Part shown: positions 1 through 8,662 of the stretch, piece by piece
Position numbering within the stretch: the first letter of the stretch is position 1
Layout: the number at the start of each line of letters is the position of its first letter
IMG/VR virus record: IMGVR_UViG_3300048854_000232
Coordinates: 96,618-160,617 of that record
Strand: one strand, 5' to 3'
Source: a virus
Length of the DNA stretch: 64,000 bases
Made by a program: the position numbers and the translations under genes
Notes under the pieces: model-generated
The model's database searches: none
The model's input: only the letters and a program-made list of their open reading frames with translations
What the model was told of the DNA's origin: nothing

Positions 1-170
1 GATTTGAAGTGTGGGGCTGGCATTGCTTGCTCATGGGCTGGATCCATGGGACGGGCTGGCTGCTGGTCTTACACAGCGTCAACGGCTTTTTGATGCTCCT
101 GCTGGCGTTCACTGTGATTCTGGTAGCGCTGCTGTGTTGGCTCATTGCCGAACTGAACATCTCGGAATAA
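1..170 (+). CDS. 5'-truncated small membrane protein (…FEVWGWHCLLMGWIHGTGWLLVLHSVNGFLMLLLAFTVILVALLCWLIAELNISE*)
   Basis: Frame 3 is open from the window edge to TAA at 168-170 and is strongly hydrophobic. Not in the ORF track. Confidence 0.55.
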   Translation, partial: FEVWGWHCLLMGWIHGTGWLLVLHSVNGFLMLLLAFTVILVALLCWLIAELNISE

Positions 171-231
171 CGGGCCTTTCGTATGAGGCATTCGACTTTC
201 CTTTAGTGTCCCCTTTACGACGGAGTACCTG

Positions 232-816
232 ATGACCAACCTTTCGCAGTATTTCAAGCAAGCCACGGCTAAGCCGCCGGTGGTCTCCACCGAGTCCGAG
301 CAGACCGGCCGAGTGATTGCCCTGATCGGCGGGTATGGCATGGAGAGCTTCGCCGCTTCCCTGGCCGATGCCGTCCCGGGCAGCACGATCCAGGCCTTCC
401 CCCTGATGGTCGATGAGGTCTCCACCGAAAGCCAGCAGATGGATGTCGCCCAGCAGAAAGCCATGGTCGATGGCATCCAGACCCAGCTGCAGGAGTTCGC
501 AGCGACCCATCCGGCCACAGGCCCCATCCACGTCTACCTGCTGGACGGTAAGGGCCTCGCCGCGGGCGATGAGGGTAGTCAGGCCACCTTGAGTGCGCTG
601 GCGGCTGCGGCGCTCTCGGACCCCACCCACACGGTCGCGGCATTCCTGCCGGAAGACCAGTCGCTGTGCGCGAAGAAGCCGGGCCTGCCCGATGGCACAC
701 CCAAGGCCGTGGAGGATGTGATCCATCGCTTCCTCGACAGCCAGCAGGCGGTCTCGGTCGAAGGCCTCGATGGTCTGGCCGCCTACCTCAACGGGATGGA
801 CAAGACCTCCATCTGA
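232..816 (+). CDS. Hypothetical protein, possibly a divergent nucleoside 2-deoxyribosyltransferase-like fold
   Basis: GGAG RBS and phage-typical codons. The C-terminal pattern (…TVAAFLPED…VEGLDGLAAYLN) resembles NDT-like phage proteins; the family call is by recall only. Confidence 0.6.
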   Translation: MTNLSQYFKQATAKPPVVSTESEQTGRVIALIGGYGMESFAASLADAVPGSTIQAFPLMVDEVSTESQQMDVAQQKAMVDGIQTQLQEFAATHPATGPIHVYLLDGKGLAAGDEGSQATLSALAAAALSDPTHTVAAFLPEDQSLCAKKPGLPDGTPKAVEDVIHRFLDSQQAVSVEGLDGLAAYLNGMDKTSI

Positions 817-860
817 TCCAAGGAGCGTTCCATGAAACACGATTCGGGTATGGGAGACGG

Positions 861-968
861 ATGATGAAGCAGCACATCTGCAAGTTCAAGAAACCCAGTG
901 ATCGATCCACGGGCGAGAAGCACGTGATCACCGACACCACTGCCTTCGACACGGTTGACGGCTTCTGA
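861..968 (+). CDS. Small hypothetical protein (35 aa)
   Basis: GGAG 5 nt upstream of the ATG, typical codon usage, followed by a hairpin. Confidence 0.45.
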   Translation: MMKQHICKFKKPSDRSTGEKHVITDTTAFDTVDGF

Positions 969-1012
969 CATACGCCCCTAGAGCCTTCACGGGCTCTAGG
1001 GGTTTTATGCCG
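968..1012 (+). terminator. Hairpin followed by TTTTATGCCG
   Basis: CCCCTAGAGCC/GGCTCTAGGGG stem, then TTTTATGCCG. Confidence 0.7.
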
Positions 1013-1031
1013 TAAAAGACGATTGAACTGG

Positions 1032-1049
1032 ATTTCACCCACATAACAC
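1032..1049 (+). promoter_or_regulatory. Putative phage early promoter (ATTTCACCCACATAACAC)
   Basis: Matches an 18-nt motif found upstream of 7 operons in this window; the 3' half resembles the phiKZ early element TATATTAC. Confidence 0.55.
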
Positions 1050-1113
1050 TGACATGACGAGGGGTACCATTTACTCCATCGACCCTACTTTCAATCCATA
1101 AGGAATTGCCGCC

Positions 1114-1452
1114 ATGATCAGTCGCGACGTTATCCGTACCTTCGAAGAGATCACCGCTTTGCATAGCCTGGCCAAGCGTGAAGAGTTTCGCTGCATCCGG
1201 CACGACGGCGCACTCCTGGTGGAGTACCCCTACGCCGAGCCCAAGAAAGAGCTGGTCGGGTATGATCCCCTGAATGGCAACCTGGCGATCTACCACGAAT
1301 CGATCACCATCCGTAAGCTCAGCTTCATCTACACCGCCCCTTACGTGTCGCACACCGGCGAGGAGGTTTACCTCGCCGTGGATCCGAACAAAGAACACGA
1401 AATCTACGACGCCCTCCTCCTCTCGTTCAAGGACCCCGAACATGATCACTGA
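1114..1452 (+). CDS. Hypothetical protein
   Basis: AAGGA RBS; first gene of an overlapping operon. Confidence 0.75.
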   Translation: MISRDVIRTFEEITALHSLAKREEFRCIRHDGALLVEYPYAEPKKELVGYDPLNGNLAIYHESITIRKLSFIYTAPYVSHTGEEVYLAVDPNKEHEIYDALLLSFKDPEHDH

Positions 1453-1726
1453 CAGTAAAGACTGGATCTCGGCCCAGGAGATCCTCACTCGCCATAACCG
1501 TGAAGCACAGCAGCTGTTCGGTATTGATGGTCGGGTCAAGTCCGAGCGTCTGACCGAGGGGAAGCACTTCGAGCAGTTGAAGTCGGCCGGTAAGGTGGGC
1601 ATCCTGGTGAAGGTCGGTGCGGATAACCCGCGTCTCTTCCCCAACGCCCCCATGAAGGTCTACACCTACGAGCAGGATGACGAGACCCATCGTTACGCCC
1701 TGCTGGGTTCGGAAGAGCTCGCCTGA
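1442..1726 (+). CDS. Hypothetical protein (start MITDSKD)
   Basis: AAGGA RBS; overlaps both neighbours (TGATG coupling at 1724-1728). Confidence 0.7.
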   Translation: MITDSKDWISAQEILTRHNREAQQLFGIDGRVKSERLTEGKHFEQLKSAGKVGILVKVGADNPRLFPNAPMKVYTYEQDDETHRYALLGSEELA

Positions 1727-2016
1727 TGTCCCGACGGATGGTCTTCCGACCCTACGCCTCCGTCGTGGATTGCATGTCGGCCTCGCCGACCCACAGTCCT
1801 TACCCCATCATCGTCTTAAAGCAAGGCTACACCCGCCACGCCTTGGAAGACCTCCACGACGTCTCGGTCATTGCGGAACTGGGTAATGACCGAGTGGAGA
1901 TCACCGAGATCGACCAGGTGATCACCGCGTACCGCTATATCGCTCGGACCGGGCTCTTCCATCAGGAAGTCGTGCTCGCCGAGGGACCCAAGAACCCATC
2001 AAGGACTCGATCATGA
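1726..2016 (+). CDS. Hypothetical protein
   Basis: Translationally coupled to both neighbours. Confidence 0.7.
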   Translation: MSRRMVFRPYASVVDCMSASPTHSPYPIIVLKQGYTRHALEDLHDVSVIAELGNDRVEITEIDQVITAYRYIARTGLFHQEVVLAEGPKNPSRTRS

Positions 2017-2492
2017 ACATCGCTACACTGTCAACCCGGGTTACGCACTTCATGCGGCAGCTGAACCCGTTCACCCGCCTGGCCTCGGTAGTTGCCCCCG
2101 ACGCGGAGCTCATGGCCGAGGGCCGTCGGGTGTTCCTCTCCCCGCTGACCCAGGCCTCGCTCCTGTTCTGCCTGCTGAAGGGCGATCCTGCTTTTCTACG
2201 CGCCCTGCCCTCCTATGACGACGAGCACCTCATCATCTTCGCCTTCTGCGATCATCGGCTCTGTGCGAACATCTACACCCTGACGACCGATGTCCGCGCC
2301 ACCCCGGCATTCAACCCGGAGTGGGCCAACGAGGGTTACTTCCACTATCGGATGGATGCCAATGGTGTGTGCACCCACCTGATCCGTCCGATCTCCGGTC
2401 GCTTCTACGATCGCTTCGACCCGGTCTTGTCCTATTCCCGCCCGCTGTCGGTCGAGGAAGAGAGTCTGATCGAAACTATGCGTCTTCACTGA
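2013..2492 (+). CDS. Hypothetical protein
   Basis: ATGA overlap, AAGGA RBS, phage codon usage. Confidence 0.75.
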   Translation: MNIATLSTRVTHFMRQLNPFTRLASVVAPDAELMAEGRRVFLSPLTQASLLFCLLKGDPAFLRALPSYDDEHLIIFAFCDHRLCANIYTLTTDVRATPAFNPEWANEGYFHYRMDANGVCTHLIRPISGRFYDRFDPVLSYSRPLSVEEESLIETMRLH

Positions 2493-2518
2493 TCCCTTCC
2501 CTTTTCCGAGAGTCTCCC

Positions 2519-2947
2519 ATGAATAGCTTCAATCCTCGCAAGCATCTGCGTCAGATCGAAAAGCTGATCCTCTCGATCCTGGGTAGGGATTCGGGTCTGA
2601 TCCATCACGTCCGTAAGTGCCAGACCCGTGCGGAGACCCCGGTGGTCGTGCGGGTGGAACTGATCGGCACCAGCCTGGTCATGCGGGTGTTCGCCACCGA
2701 AGCCGGTGAGCATGCTCCGTCGCTGGCTGCGCGGAAGATCGAACCGATGCATTCGGACGGTAAGATGGTTTACTGGCTGGCCATCAATGGGAAGGACGAG
2801 TTCTACGTGGTTGATGCCCCGGAACTCAGCAACCTGCCCATGAAGGCCAACCCGATGTTGACCTGCTTCCATCCCCTGGAAGCCAATCCGTATACCGAAG
2901 ATGCGGAGATCCGTCATGACGAACCCCAGCTGGAAATGGCCCTGTAA
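2519..2947 (+). CDS. Hypothetical protein (start MNSFNPRK)
   Basis: In-frame ATG after the previous stop; ends at a terminator. Confidence 0.7.
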   Translation: MNSFNPRKHLRQIEKLILSILGRDSGLIHHVRKCQTRAETPVVVRVELIGTSLVMRVFATEAGEHAPSLAARKIEPMHSDGKMVYWLAINGKDEFYVVDAPELSNLPMKANPMLTCFHPLEANPYTEDAEIRHDEPQLEMAL

Positions 2948-2986
2948 CGGCATAAAGGAGCTCCCCGCCGGGGAGCTCCTTTATTT
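2948..2986 (+). terminator. CGGCATAA-led hairpin terminator
   Basis: CGGCATAAAGGAGCTCCCC/GGGGAGCTCCTTTAT, then TT. Confidence 0.75.
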
Positions 2987-3068
2987 GCGCTTGTCGACGT
3001 CCACCTTCCCACGGTGTCGACCTCTTTGAGGGCCCCTCTAGCCAGGGTCCTCTTTTTTTTTTTGTGCC

Positions 3069-3869
3069 TTAGTTGTTACCGCCGGTCAGCAGTCGCAGGT
3101 GGCGACGACGAGATTCGGTGTCGTCCAGAATCGCGACCGTGGGCCAGATGTCCTTTAGGTAGGTCTCGTAGTTATCGTTGGCATCGGAGAAGGTCTCCAC
3201 GATTTCCTTGAACTTGCCCAGGTCCATACCGCCGTACAGCTGCCCCTGGCCGATCGGAATGATCAGCTCGTTGTAGATGTAGGCCTTGACCGCGAACTCC
3301 ACCAGCTTGGAGAACTTCGGGATGGTCTGCGGCTTCAGCTTGGTGAAGTCCGGGTCGTAGTCGACCATGCAGCGCAGGTACGCATTGAGCGGGAACTGCA
3401 TGGTGTCGCTCACCAGCACCGTGTTCTCGGCAATGATCTCCACGTAGGCGGTGGAGACGATCGGAATGGGACTGACGGCCGCAATGACGCCGGACATCGC
3501 ATCGAGCATCGGCGAGGCGCCTTCCAGACCCATGTTGGTGGTGCCCATGACCGAACCGTAGCCGACGGTCAGATCCAGCACCTTGGTGATCGAGCGGTTG
3601 CCAGTGAGCTGCTTGGGGATCTTGTAAATGAGGTTGTACAGATCCACGTACTCGGGCGTGATGCTGCCCAGCGGGATGCTGATCATGTTACCGCCGGTCA
3701 GTCCGCAGTCCACACGCACCCGAGGCTCGAAGACCTTCTGGCGGATCAGGGTGTCGAGGTTGACTGGCAGCGGGCGCTGGCCGAACTGGCGAGGCAAAAA
3801 CGCCGCGTTCAGGATATCCAGAGGAATCTTGAACTTTACGTCTGCAATCGCCTTGTTAACGGGATTCAT
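3069..3869 (-). CDS. Conserved phiKZ-like phage protein, probably virion structural
   Basis: 266 aa with strong codon bias, AAGGA RBS, and a minus-strand TATG (late-promoter-like) at ~3902-3905. Confidence 0.75.
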   Translation of the reverse strand: MNPVNKAIADVKFKIPLDILNAAFLPRQFGQRPLPVNLDTLIRQKVFEPRVRVDCGLTGGNMISIPLGSITPEYVDLYNLIYKIPKQLTGNRSITKVLDLTVGYGSVMGTTNMGLEGASPMLDAMSGVIAAVSPIPIVSTAYVEIIAENTVLVSDTMQFPLNAYLRCMVDYDPDFTKLKPQTIPKFSKLVEFAVKAYIYNELIIPIGQGQLYGGMDLGKFKEIVETFSDANDNYETYLKDIWPTVAILDDTESRRRHLRLLTGGNN

Positions 3870-3927
3870 AGAAATTCCTTAACGAAAGCAGTGGAGGGAC
3901 TCATACGTTAGGTCCCGATCCCACGCA

Positions 3928-3945
3928 TTTTCAAACATAAATCAT
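3928..3945 (+). promoter_or_regulatory. Putative early promoter (TTTTCAAACATAAATCAT)
   Basis: Matches the recurring motif; lies upstream of the 4004 operon. Confidence 0.5.
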
Positions 3946-4003
3946 GGTTGGGTAGACTCACCTAAGTCTGCCCTCCATTACTTTTACTCAAGGACTTGCC
4001 ACC

Positions 4004-4522
4004 ATGCACCTGAAGCATTTCGTTGCGCTTACCATGCTGTCTGTGGTGAGCCTGGGCGCTTGCCATCACGTCGAGCCGCCCTCCACCGTCTCGGTCTCTC
4101 CGATCGCCACAGCGACCGCCTCCGACGTGGCCCCGATCTCGATGGACGCCCTGCCCCCGGACAGCGAGGACGTCAAGCTCGCCCTGACCCTGGCCGGACG
4201 CTACAATTCGGACGGCACCCAGCTCTTCGACTACGACACGTTCAACTACACCGTCATGAACGGCGACAAGTCTCGCGATGGCTACCCGATGTACCTGATC
4301 GAGTGCGATCGTGAGACCAGCACCTGCACTGGCGAGGCCGGTCAAGCGTTGGGATCGATCGATGATGTGGCCGCGAAGATCACGGTCATTCGTAACCGCG
4401 ATGTGATCGCCAACGGCTACGCCTGCGATAAGCTCTGCTGGGATCCGGACCACCATGTGGTCGGCGCTCCGTCCAAGGCGATGGCTGCTTGGGTGGCTCG
4501 TCACCCCAGCTACCATCAGTAA
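4004..4522 (+). CDS. Putative lipoprotein
   Basis: Signal peptide with lipobox LGAC, a Pro/Ser/Thr linker, and 4 further Cys. Confidence 0.7.
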   Translation: MHLKHFVALTMLSVVSLGACHHVEPPSTVSVSPIATATASDVAPISMDALPPDSEDVKLALTLAGRYNSDGTQLFDYDTFNYTVMNGDKSRDGYPMYLIECDRETSTCTGEAGQALGSIDDVAAKITVIRNRDVIANGYACDKLCWDPDHHVVGAPSKAMAAWVARHPSYHQ

Positions 4523-4577
4523 TCTTCCCTTCCCCTGCTAGGGGACCACGGTTCCCCTAATTCTCGAAGGATGCTCC

Positions 4578-5291
4578 ATGAACACGCCTAAAGACCCCAC
4601 CGTCCACTTTCCGATCAACTACGGCTGGGTCAATGGCCCTGCGCCGTTCGATCCGGTTGCCGAAACCTACGTGTCCACCCCGGACGATTCGAACCTGCGC
4701 CCGTTCTGCTCGACCGAGGCCCGCGACTTGGTGGCCGAAACCCTGCTGTTCTCTGATGAGCAGTTCCGCCACCTGACCCGTAACGCGGGGAAGGCTGGCT
4801 GGTTGATCTTCCTGACCGTCACCGCGGTCCATGCCCACATCGTGATCCACGACATCGATGGCGAAGAGATCCGCGACGAGCTGGTCGGCATGATCAAAGA
4901 ACCCTCTACCGACGCGTTCAACCAGGCCACCTACAGCTCGTTCGTATACACCCCGCGGGTAGACGACGAATTGGTGCTGTTGCCCAAGGCCTTCGTCGAC
5001 AAGGATGGTTATCTGCTGGTGGGTGATACCTCCACCGGTTACGTCCTAGGCACCCCGCTGGTGACCGCGTGGCGCTGTCTGAAGCCCACGGAGATCGCCA
5101 AGTTCGCACCGGTCTACCGGACGATCGATCGGCTCCAGGCACGCTTGGAGGACGCTCTGGACGATGTCGAATCCATGGACGAAATCCAGCGTATTCTTCA
5201 CGCCGAGGAATGGGACAGTGACACTACCAAAGCGATCTGCGAAGTGATCATCGCTTCCGGCCGCGTGGTCGACGACACCCCGAACGATTAA
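4578..5291 (+). CDS. Hypothetical protein
   Basis: AAGGA RBS, 237 aa, typical codons. Confidence 0.75.
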   Translation: MNTPKDPTVHFPINYGWVNGPAPFDPVAETYVSTPDDSNLRPFCSTEARDLVAETLLFSDEQFRHLTRNAGKAGWLIFLTVTAVHAHIVIHDIDGEEIRDELVGMIKEPSTDAFNQATYSSFVYTPRVDDELVLLPKAFVDKDGYLLVGDTSTGYVLGTPLVTAWRCLKPTEIAKFAPVYRTIDRLQARLEDALDDVESMDEIQRILHAEEWDSDTTKAICEVIIASGRVVDDTPND

Positions 5292-5301
5292 CAGAGGTCC
5301 T

Positions 5302-5523
5302 ATGCAAACTTTCACCGTATGGCTGCTACTCCTGGTCACCAATCGCACCGACGAGGTCGACATTGTCCAGGCCTACCAGACCCAACAAGACTGTCAGCAC
5401 ATCCTGATCGCTGAGCAACACAACCTCCCGCACAACCGGGAGGTCTTCAAGACCCGCCACTACGAATGTGTGGAGGGAACCGTCGAACGCGATACCCAAC
5501 ACCCTTGGAAGGATTCCCCATGA
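5302..5523 (+). CDS. Small secreted/membrane-anchored protein with two Cys
   Basis: GAGG RBS, hydrophobic N-terminus, Y-x-T-x-x-x-C … Y-x-C pattern. Confidence 0.65.
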   Translation: MQTFTVWLLLLVTNRTDEVDIVQAYQTQQDCQHILIAEQHNLPHNREVFKTRHYECVEGTVERDTQHPWKDSP

Positions 5524-5753
5524 AAACCGTCGCTGTGTGGTTGATGCTCTCGTTGTCGCACCCCAACGCTGAGCAGTTGCAGTTCCCGAGCCAGTCCGCC
5601 TGTGAGCATTACGCCCATGAAGTGTACTGGCGTCAGGAGCAAGCCTGGCAGCATGCAGGCAGCGTGAAAGAGGAACGGCCCGTGCAGGCCAAGTGTGTCA
5701 AAACCAACATCCAACTCGAATCGGATGATGCGGCTTCTCGTCGAGGCCATTAA
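5520..5753 (+). CDS. Small secreted protein, paralog of 5302-5523
   Basis: ATGA overlap; MKTVAVWLML…FPSQSACE…AKCVK. Confidence 0.65.
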   Translation: MKTVAVWLMLSLSHPNAEQLQFPSQSACEHYAHEVYWRQEQAWQHAGSVKEERPVQAKCVKTNIQLESDDAASRRGH

Positions 5754-5764
5754 CAAGGACCCAC

Positions 5765-6241
5765 ATGCGCCCGTTCCGTGCTTTGCTCAACCTGCTCCAT
5801 CGTCACCGACTGACCGACCACAAGACCTTCTTGTCGGCACGGCAGTCGGAGGTGCGCTTCGACGGCGACCGCCACCAGTTCATCACTGGCTGGATCAAGT
5901 CTTACCTGGAAGGCGACAAGGTCCTGAACCGGTTCTTGAACCACGACGACCACCACTACAACCTGGACGTGGTGCTCAACATGGTCTCGCACAAAGGCGA
6001 CTTCGCCCTGCGTGCCCATGTGGCCATCTACGAAGAACAGCGCTTCACGCACACGCTCTCGCTGATCGACGTGGACCAGAAGTACTACGCCAAGCTGCAC
6101 AAGGGCGGCCACTTGCGGTACCAGATGGCAGGTGGCCAGGTGCGTCCGTTGTCCAAGCGCACCTCCACGCAAGTCCTCTTCGGTAAGAAGCCCAAGCTGA
6201 TCTACTTGGCCACTTATCCCCTGCCTGCCGAATTCACCTGA
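5765..6241 (+). CDS. Hypothetical protein
   Basis: AAGGA RBS, typical codons. Confidence 0.75.
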   Translation: MRPFRALLNLLHRHRLTDHKTFLSARQSEVRFDGDRHQFITGWIKSYLEGDKVLNRFLNHDDHHYNLDVVLNMVSHKGDFALRAHVAIYEEQRFTHTLSLIDVDQKYYAKLHKGGHLRYQMAGGQVRPLSKRTSTQVLFGKKPKLIYLATYPLPAEFT

Positions 6242-6249
6242 GGTGTTCC

Positions 6250-6807
6250 ATGTGGTATCTGTATTGGTACTGGCTACACCTGAGGGCGTTTTGGTTGTGG
6301 GGAGAGGATGAACGTGTGATGGGTCGGGTGGAATTCACCGACTATCGCTACGAGTACCATCAGGCGGTGGGAAAGGAGGAGCATGAAACGCCGGTGGATT
6401 GGCGGGACATCTTCAGCATGCGGCAGCTACACGACGACCTGTTTTACAACATCCTCCACAGCGAGCTGAACCTCCACGACAATGCCCTGAAGACCCTGTT
6501 GGGTAAGGGCACGTTCGTCCTACGGGTGTTCCGCGAGCAGACCCACCGCTACCCCATCGTTGCGGTTTACCGCCCTGTGCCGCCCTTGACCAAGCCCATC
6601 ACGGGCAAGCGGGCGCCTTGGGGTAACCTCAACATGCAGGCGCAGGAGTTCTTCTACGCCTACAAGAAGGGCATCATTTACCACCTGACCAGTAAACCCC
6701 AGATCCTGTTCGACTGGTTCGAAGAACCGGTGATGGTGTTGCACATGCCCGAGCTGGCCCAGCAGATCTCCCGGCCCACCGAGCCCAGCATCATCACCTT
6801 CGCATAA
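6250..6807 (+). CDS. Hypothetical protein
   Basis: GAGG RBS, typical codons. Confidence 0.75.
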   Translation: MWYLYWYWLHLRAFWLWGEDERVMGRVEFTDYRYEYHQAVGKEEHETPVDWRDIFSMRQLHDDLFYNILHSELNLHDNALKTLLGKGTFVLRVFREQTHRYPIVAVYRPVPPLTKPITGKRAPWGNLNMQAQEFFYAYKKGIIYHLTSKPQILFDWFEEPVMVLHMPELAQQISRPTEPSIITFA

Positions 6808-6834
6808 GTCTCCATTCTCCACAGAGGTAAACCC

Positions 6835-7824
6835 ATGCAGCACGAAGGCACCATTCAGCAACAAGGCAACCTGCGCATCTACGGCTGCGGCGGCTGTGGC
6901 ATCAACATCGCCTCGACCTTCGATCTGTCCCCGGTCAGTCCGGAAGAGGGTCATGCGGTAGCGCACCCAGTCTACATCGACACCAGCCGCTCCAACCTGA
7001 AGACCTCGATGACGGCCGAGTACTTCGCGGTCCTCGAAGGCATCGATGGTTCGGGCAAGATCCGTCGTGAAAACCACGAGGCGATCGGCAAGTCGGTGAA
7101 GAACATCCTCCAGACGCACAAGCCGATGGACTTCAACATCGTGGTGTTCTCCGCCTCCGGTGGGTCGGGTTCGGTGTTCGGTCCGCTGATCATCTCCGAG
7201 CTCCTGGGTCGTGGTCTGCCGGTCGTGGCCATCGTCATCGGCTCGGACGAATCGGCGATCACCGCCGAGAACACGCTGAAGACCCTGAAGTCGCTGGAAG
7301 CGGTGGCCGAGCGGGCTCAGTTGCCGGTCGTGATCCACTACGACCACAACGACCGCGACGTCAAGCGTTCGGCCGTCGACGCTGATGCCAAGCGGGCGAT
7401 CTCCTCCCTGGCTACGCTGGCCTCCCGCCAGAACGCTGAGCTGGATTCGCGCGACATCGCCAACTGGGTGCAGTTCTCCCGGACCACCTCGGTGCGTCCG
7501 CGTCTGGCCTTGCTGGCGGTGTACCGGGATAACGAATCCCTGGCCGATATCTCCCACCCGGTCAGCATCGCCTCGCTCTACAACAGCCCGGACGATCCGA
7601 AGGTCGACAAGGTCCCGGACTACTCCTGCGACGGCTACCCGATCTACCCCTCCCAGCACTTCAAGGTGGAGCACTTCGTCATCACCATCGACGGCGTGCA
7701 GGTGATCGTGGGCAAGCTCAACGCCAAGGTCAGCGAGAACGACACGCTCCGCTCCTCGCGCATCGATCACAATTCGATCGTGAGCGACAAGGACAAGGTC
7801 ACCGAAGACGGCCTGGTCCTGTAA
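6835..7824 (+). CDS. phuZ: Phage tubulin PhuZ
   Basis: G-C-G-G-C-G-I-N-I loop, GSGKIR, tubulin signature SASGGSGS, ELDSRD T7 loop, and the acidic PhuZ-type C-terminal tail EDGLVL. Confidence 0.96.
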   Translation: MQHEGTIQQQGNLRIYGCGGCGINIASTFDLSPVSPEEGHAVAHPVYIDTSRSNLKTSMTAEYFAVLEGIDGSGKIRRENHEAIGKSVKNILQTHKPMDFNIVVFSASGGSGSVFGPLIISELLGRGLPVVAIVIGSDESAITAENTLKTLKSLEAVAERAQLPVVIHYDHNDRDVKRSAVDADAKRAISSLATLASRQNAELDSRDIANWVQFSRTTSVRPRLALLAVYRDNESLADISHPVSIASLYNSPDDPKVDKVPDYSCDGYPIYPSQHFKVEHFVITIDGVQVIVGKLNAKVSENDTLRSSRIDHNSIVSDKDKVTEDGLVL

Positions 7825-7834
7825 CAGTTCGTTG

Positions 7835-7890
7835 CCTCCACCCCACGGATTCCCGGTGACGGGGTCCGTGGGGCATGGAGGGTGTTTTTT
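7835..7890 (+). terminator. Intrinsic terminator after phuZ
   Basis: Long GC stem (CCCCACGGAT/GTCCGTGGGG) followed by T6. Confidence 0.75.
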
Positions 7891-8366
7891 ACGTTGGGGT
7901 GTCACCGACTACCGGCGTGGGAGATTTTTTACATACGGGTGCCCATGATATAGTCACTGGCGCTAAGTCCTCCCGCCTCGGGGTTCACCGGGCTCTTAAA
8001 AGGACTTCCGCTTCGTGGCTCAACCCAAACAACGGATTCGTATCCGTTAGCCCAGATGGGCACCCCGGTCCATCATCTTCGTGGTGTTGGACCCTTATTC
8101 CTGAGCGAGAAACGTACCATGCAAATGAAAATGAACCTTCTCGCTTACTGCATCGGCCAGGCCCTGTACGGGCACCTCCGACGTTAACCATGTTGTGTCC
8201 ACTGTAAAACTCCGCAGGACCGGTCGAAGAACTTACCTCGACCGCTTCCGCAATTAGAGAGCGCGCCTCACGGTGCTGCCCTTGGGTGTAGGAGTGCTGG
8301 ATCCTCTCTGGCTCGCGCCGCCATCCGCGAACAAGACGAGGTTGTGGACGGCCCCTTGTAGAACGT
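7891..8366 (+). ncRNA. Candidate large structured non-coding RNA (~480 nt)
   Basis: No credible ORF. Nested long-range stems 7891-7910/8340-8366, 7913-7921/8312-8320 and 7937-7946/8056-8065, plus at least 6 local hairpins. Most G-U pairs favour the + strand. Confidence 0.6.
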
Positions 8367-8369
8367 AAG

Positions 8370-8402
8370 CGCCCCAGGCCAAAAGCCTGGGGCCTTATGC
8401 CG
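8370..8402 (+). terminator. Hairpin followed by TTATGCCG
   Basis: GCCCCAGGC/GCCTGGGGC stem, then CTTATGCCG. Confidence 0.65.
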
Positions 8403-8458
8403 CCATGGGCTTTCTTTACCTCCCTGCCTTTTGCTATGACCTACCGCGAGGATCCCTC

Positions 8459-8662
8459 ATGCAGTTCTTTGTCTGCGCCTACTGCGATCACATCGATGCG
8501 GTGGAGCTGTGCCCCCATAACGCAACGATTCCGTCCCACGGCGATTGGATGTGCACCTGCTGCGCCGATAAGCCCTGGCACAACCACTTTGCCTACCGGC
8601 CCTATGACGTCGACATCGACTTCATGGTGGTCAATCGCCCCACCGGCTTAGGATTCGGCTAA
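8459..8662 (+). CDS. Small Cys/His-rich (Zn-binding) protein
   Basis: GAGG RBS; CAYC…CTCC…WH. Confidence 0.7.
   Translation: MQFFVCAYCDHIDAVELCPHNATIPSHGDWMCTCCADKPWHNHFAYRPYDVDIDFMVVNRPTGLGFG

Noticed and set aside
7901-7955. GTCACCGACTA…GATATAGTC resembling group I intron R/S (P7) elements, and a P-like AATTGCGGAAG on the minus strand at ~8245-8255
   Set aside because: No P/Q elements precede them on the same strand, no interrupted gene flanks the region, and alternative pairings explain these bases. Not called an intron, though a derived ribozyme cannot be excluded without a covariance search.
7875-8207. 110-aa ORF in the post-phuZ gap; also tmRNA, RNase P or tRNA identity for that gap
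   Set aside because: The ORF starts inside the terminator stem and has atypical codons. There is no T-loop/CCA end and no GAGGAAAGUCC-type RNase P signature.
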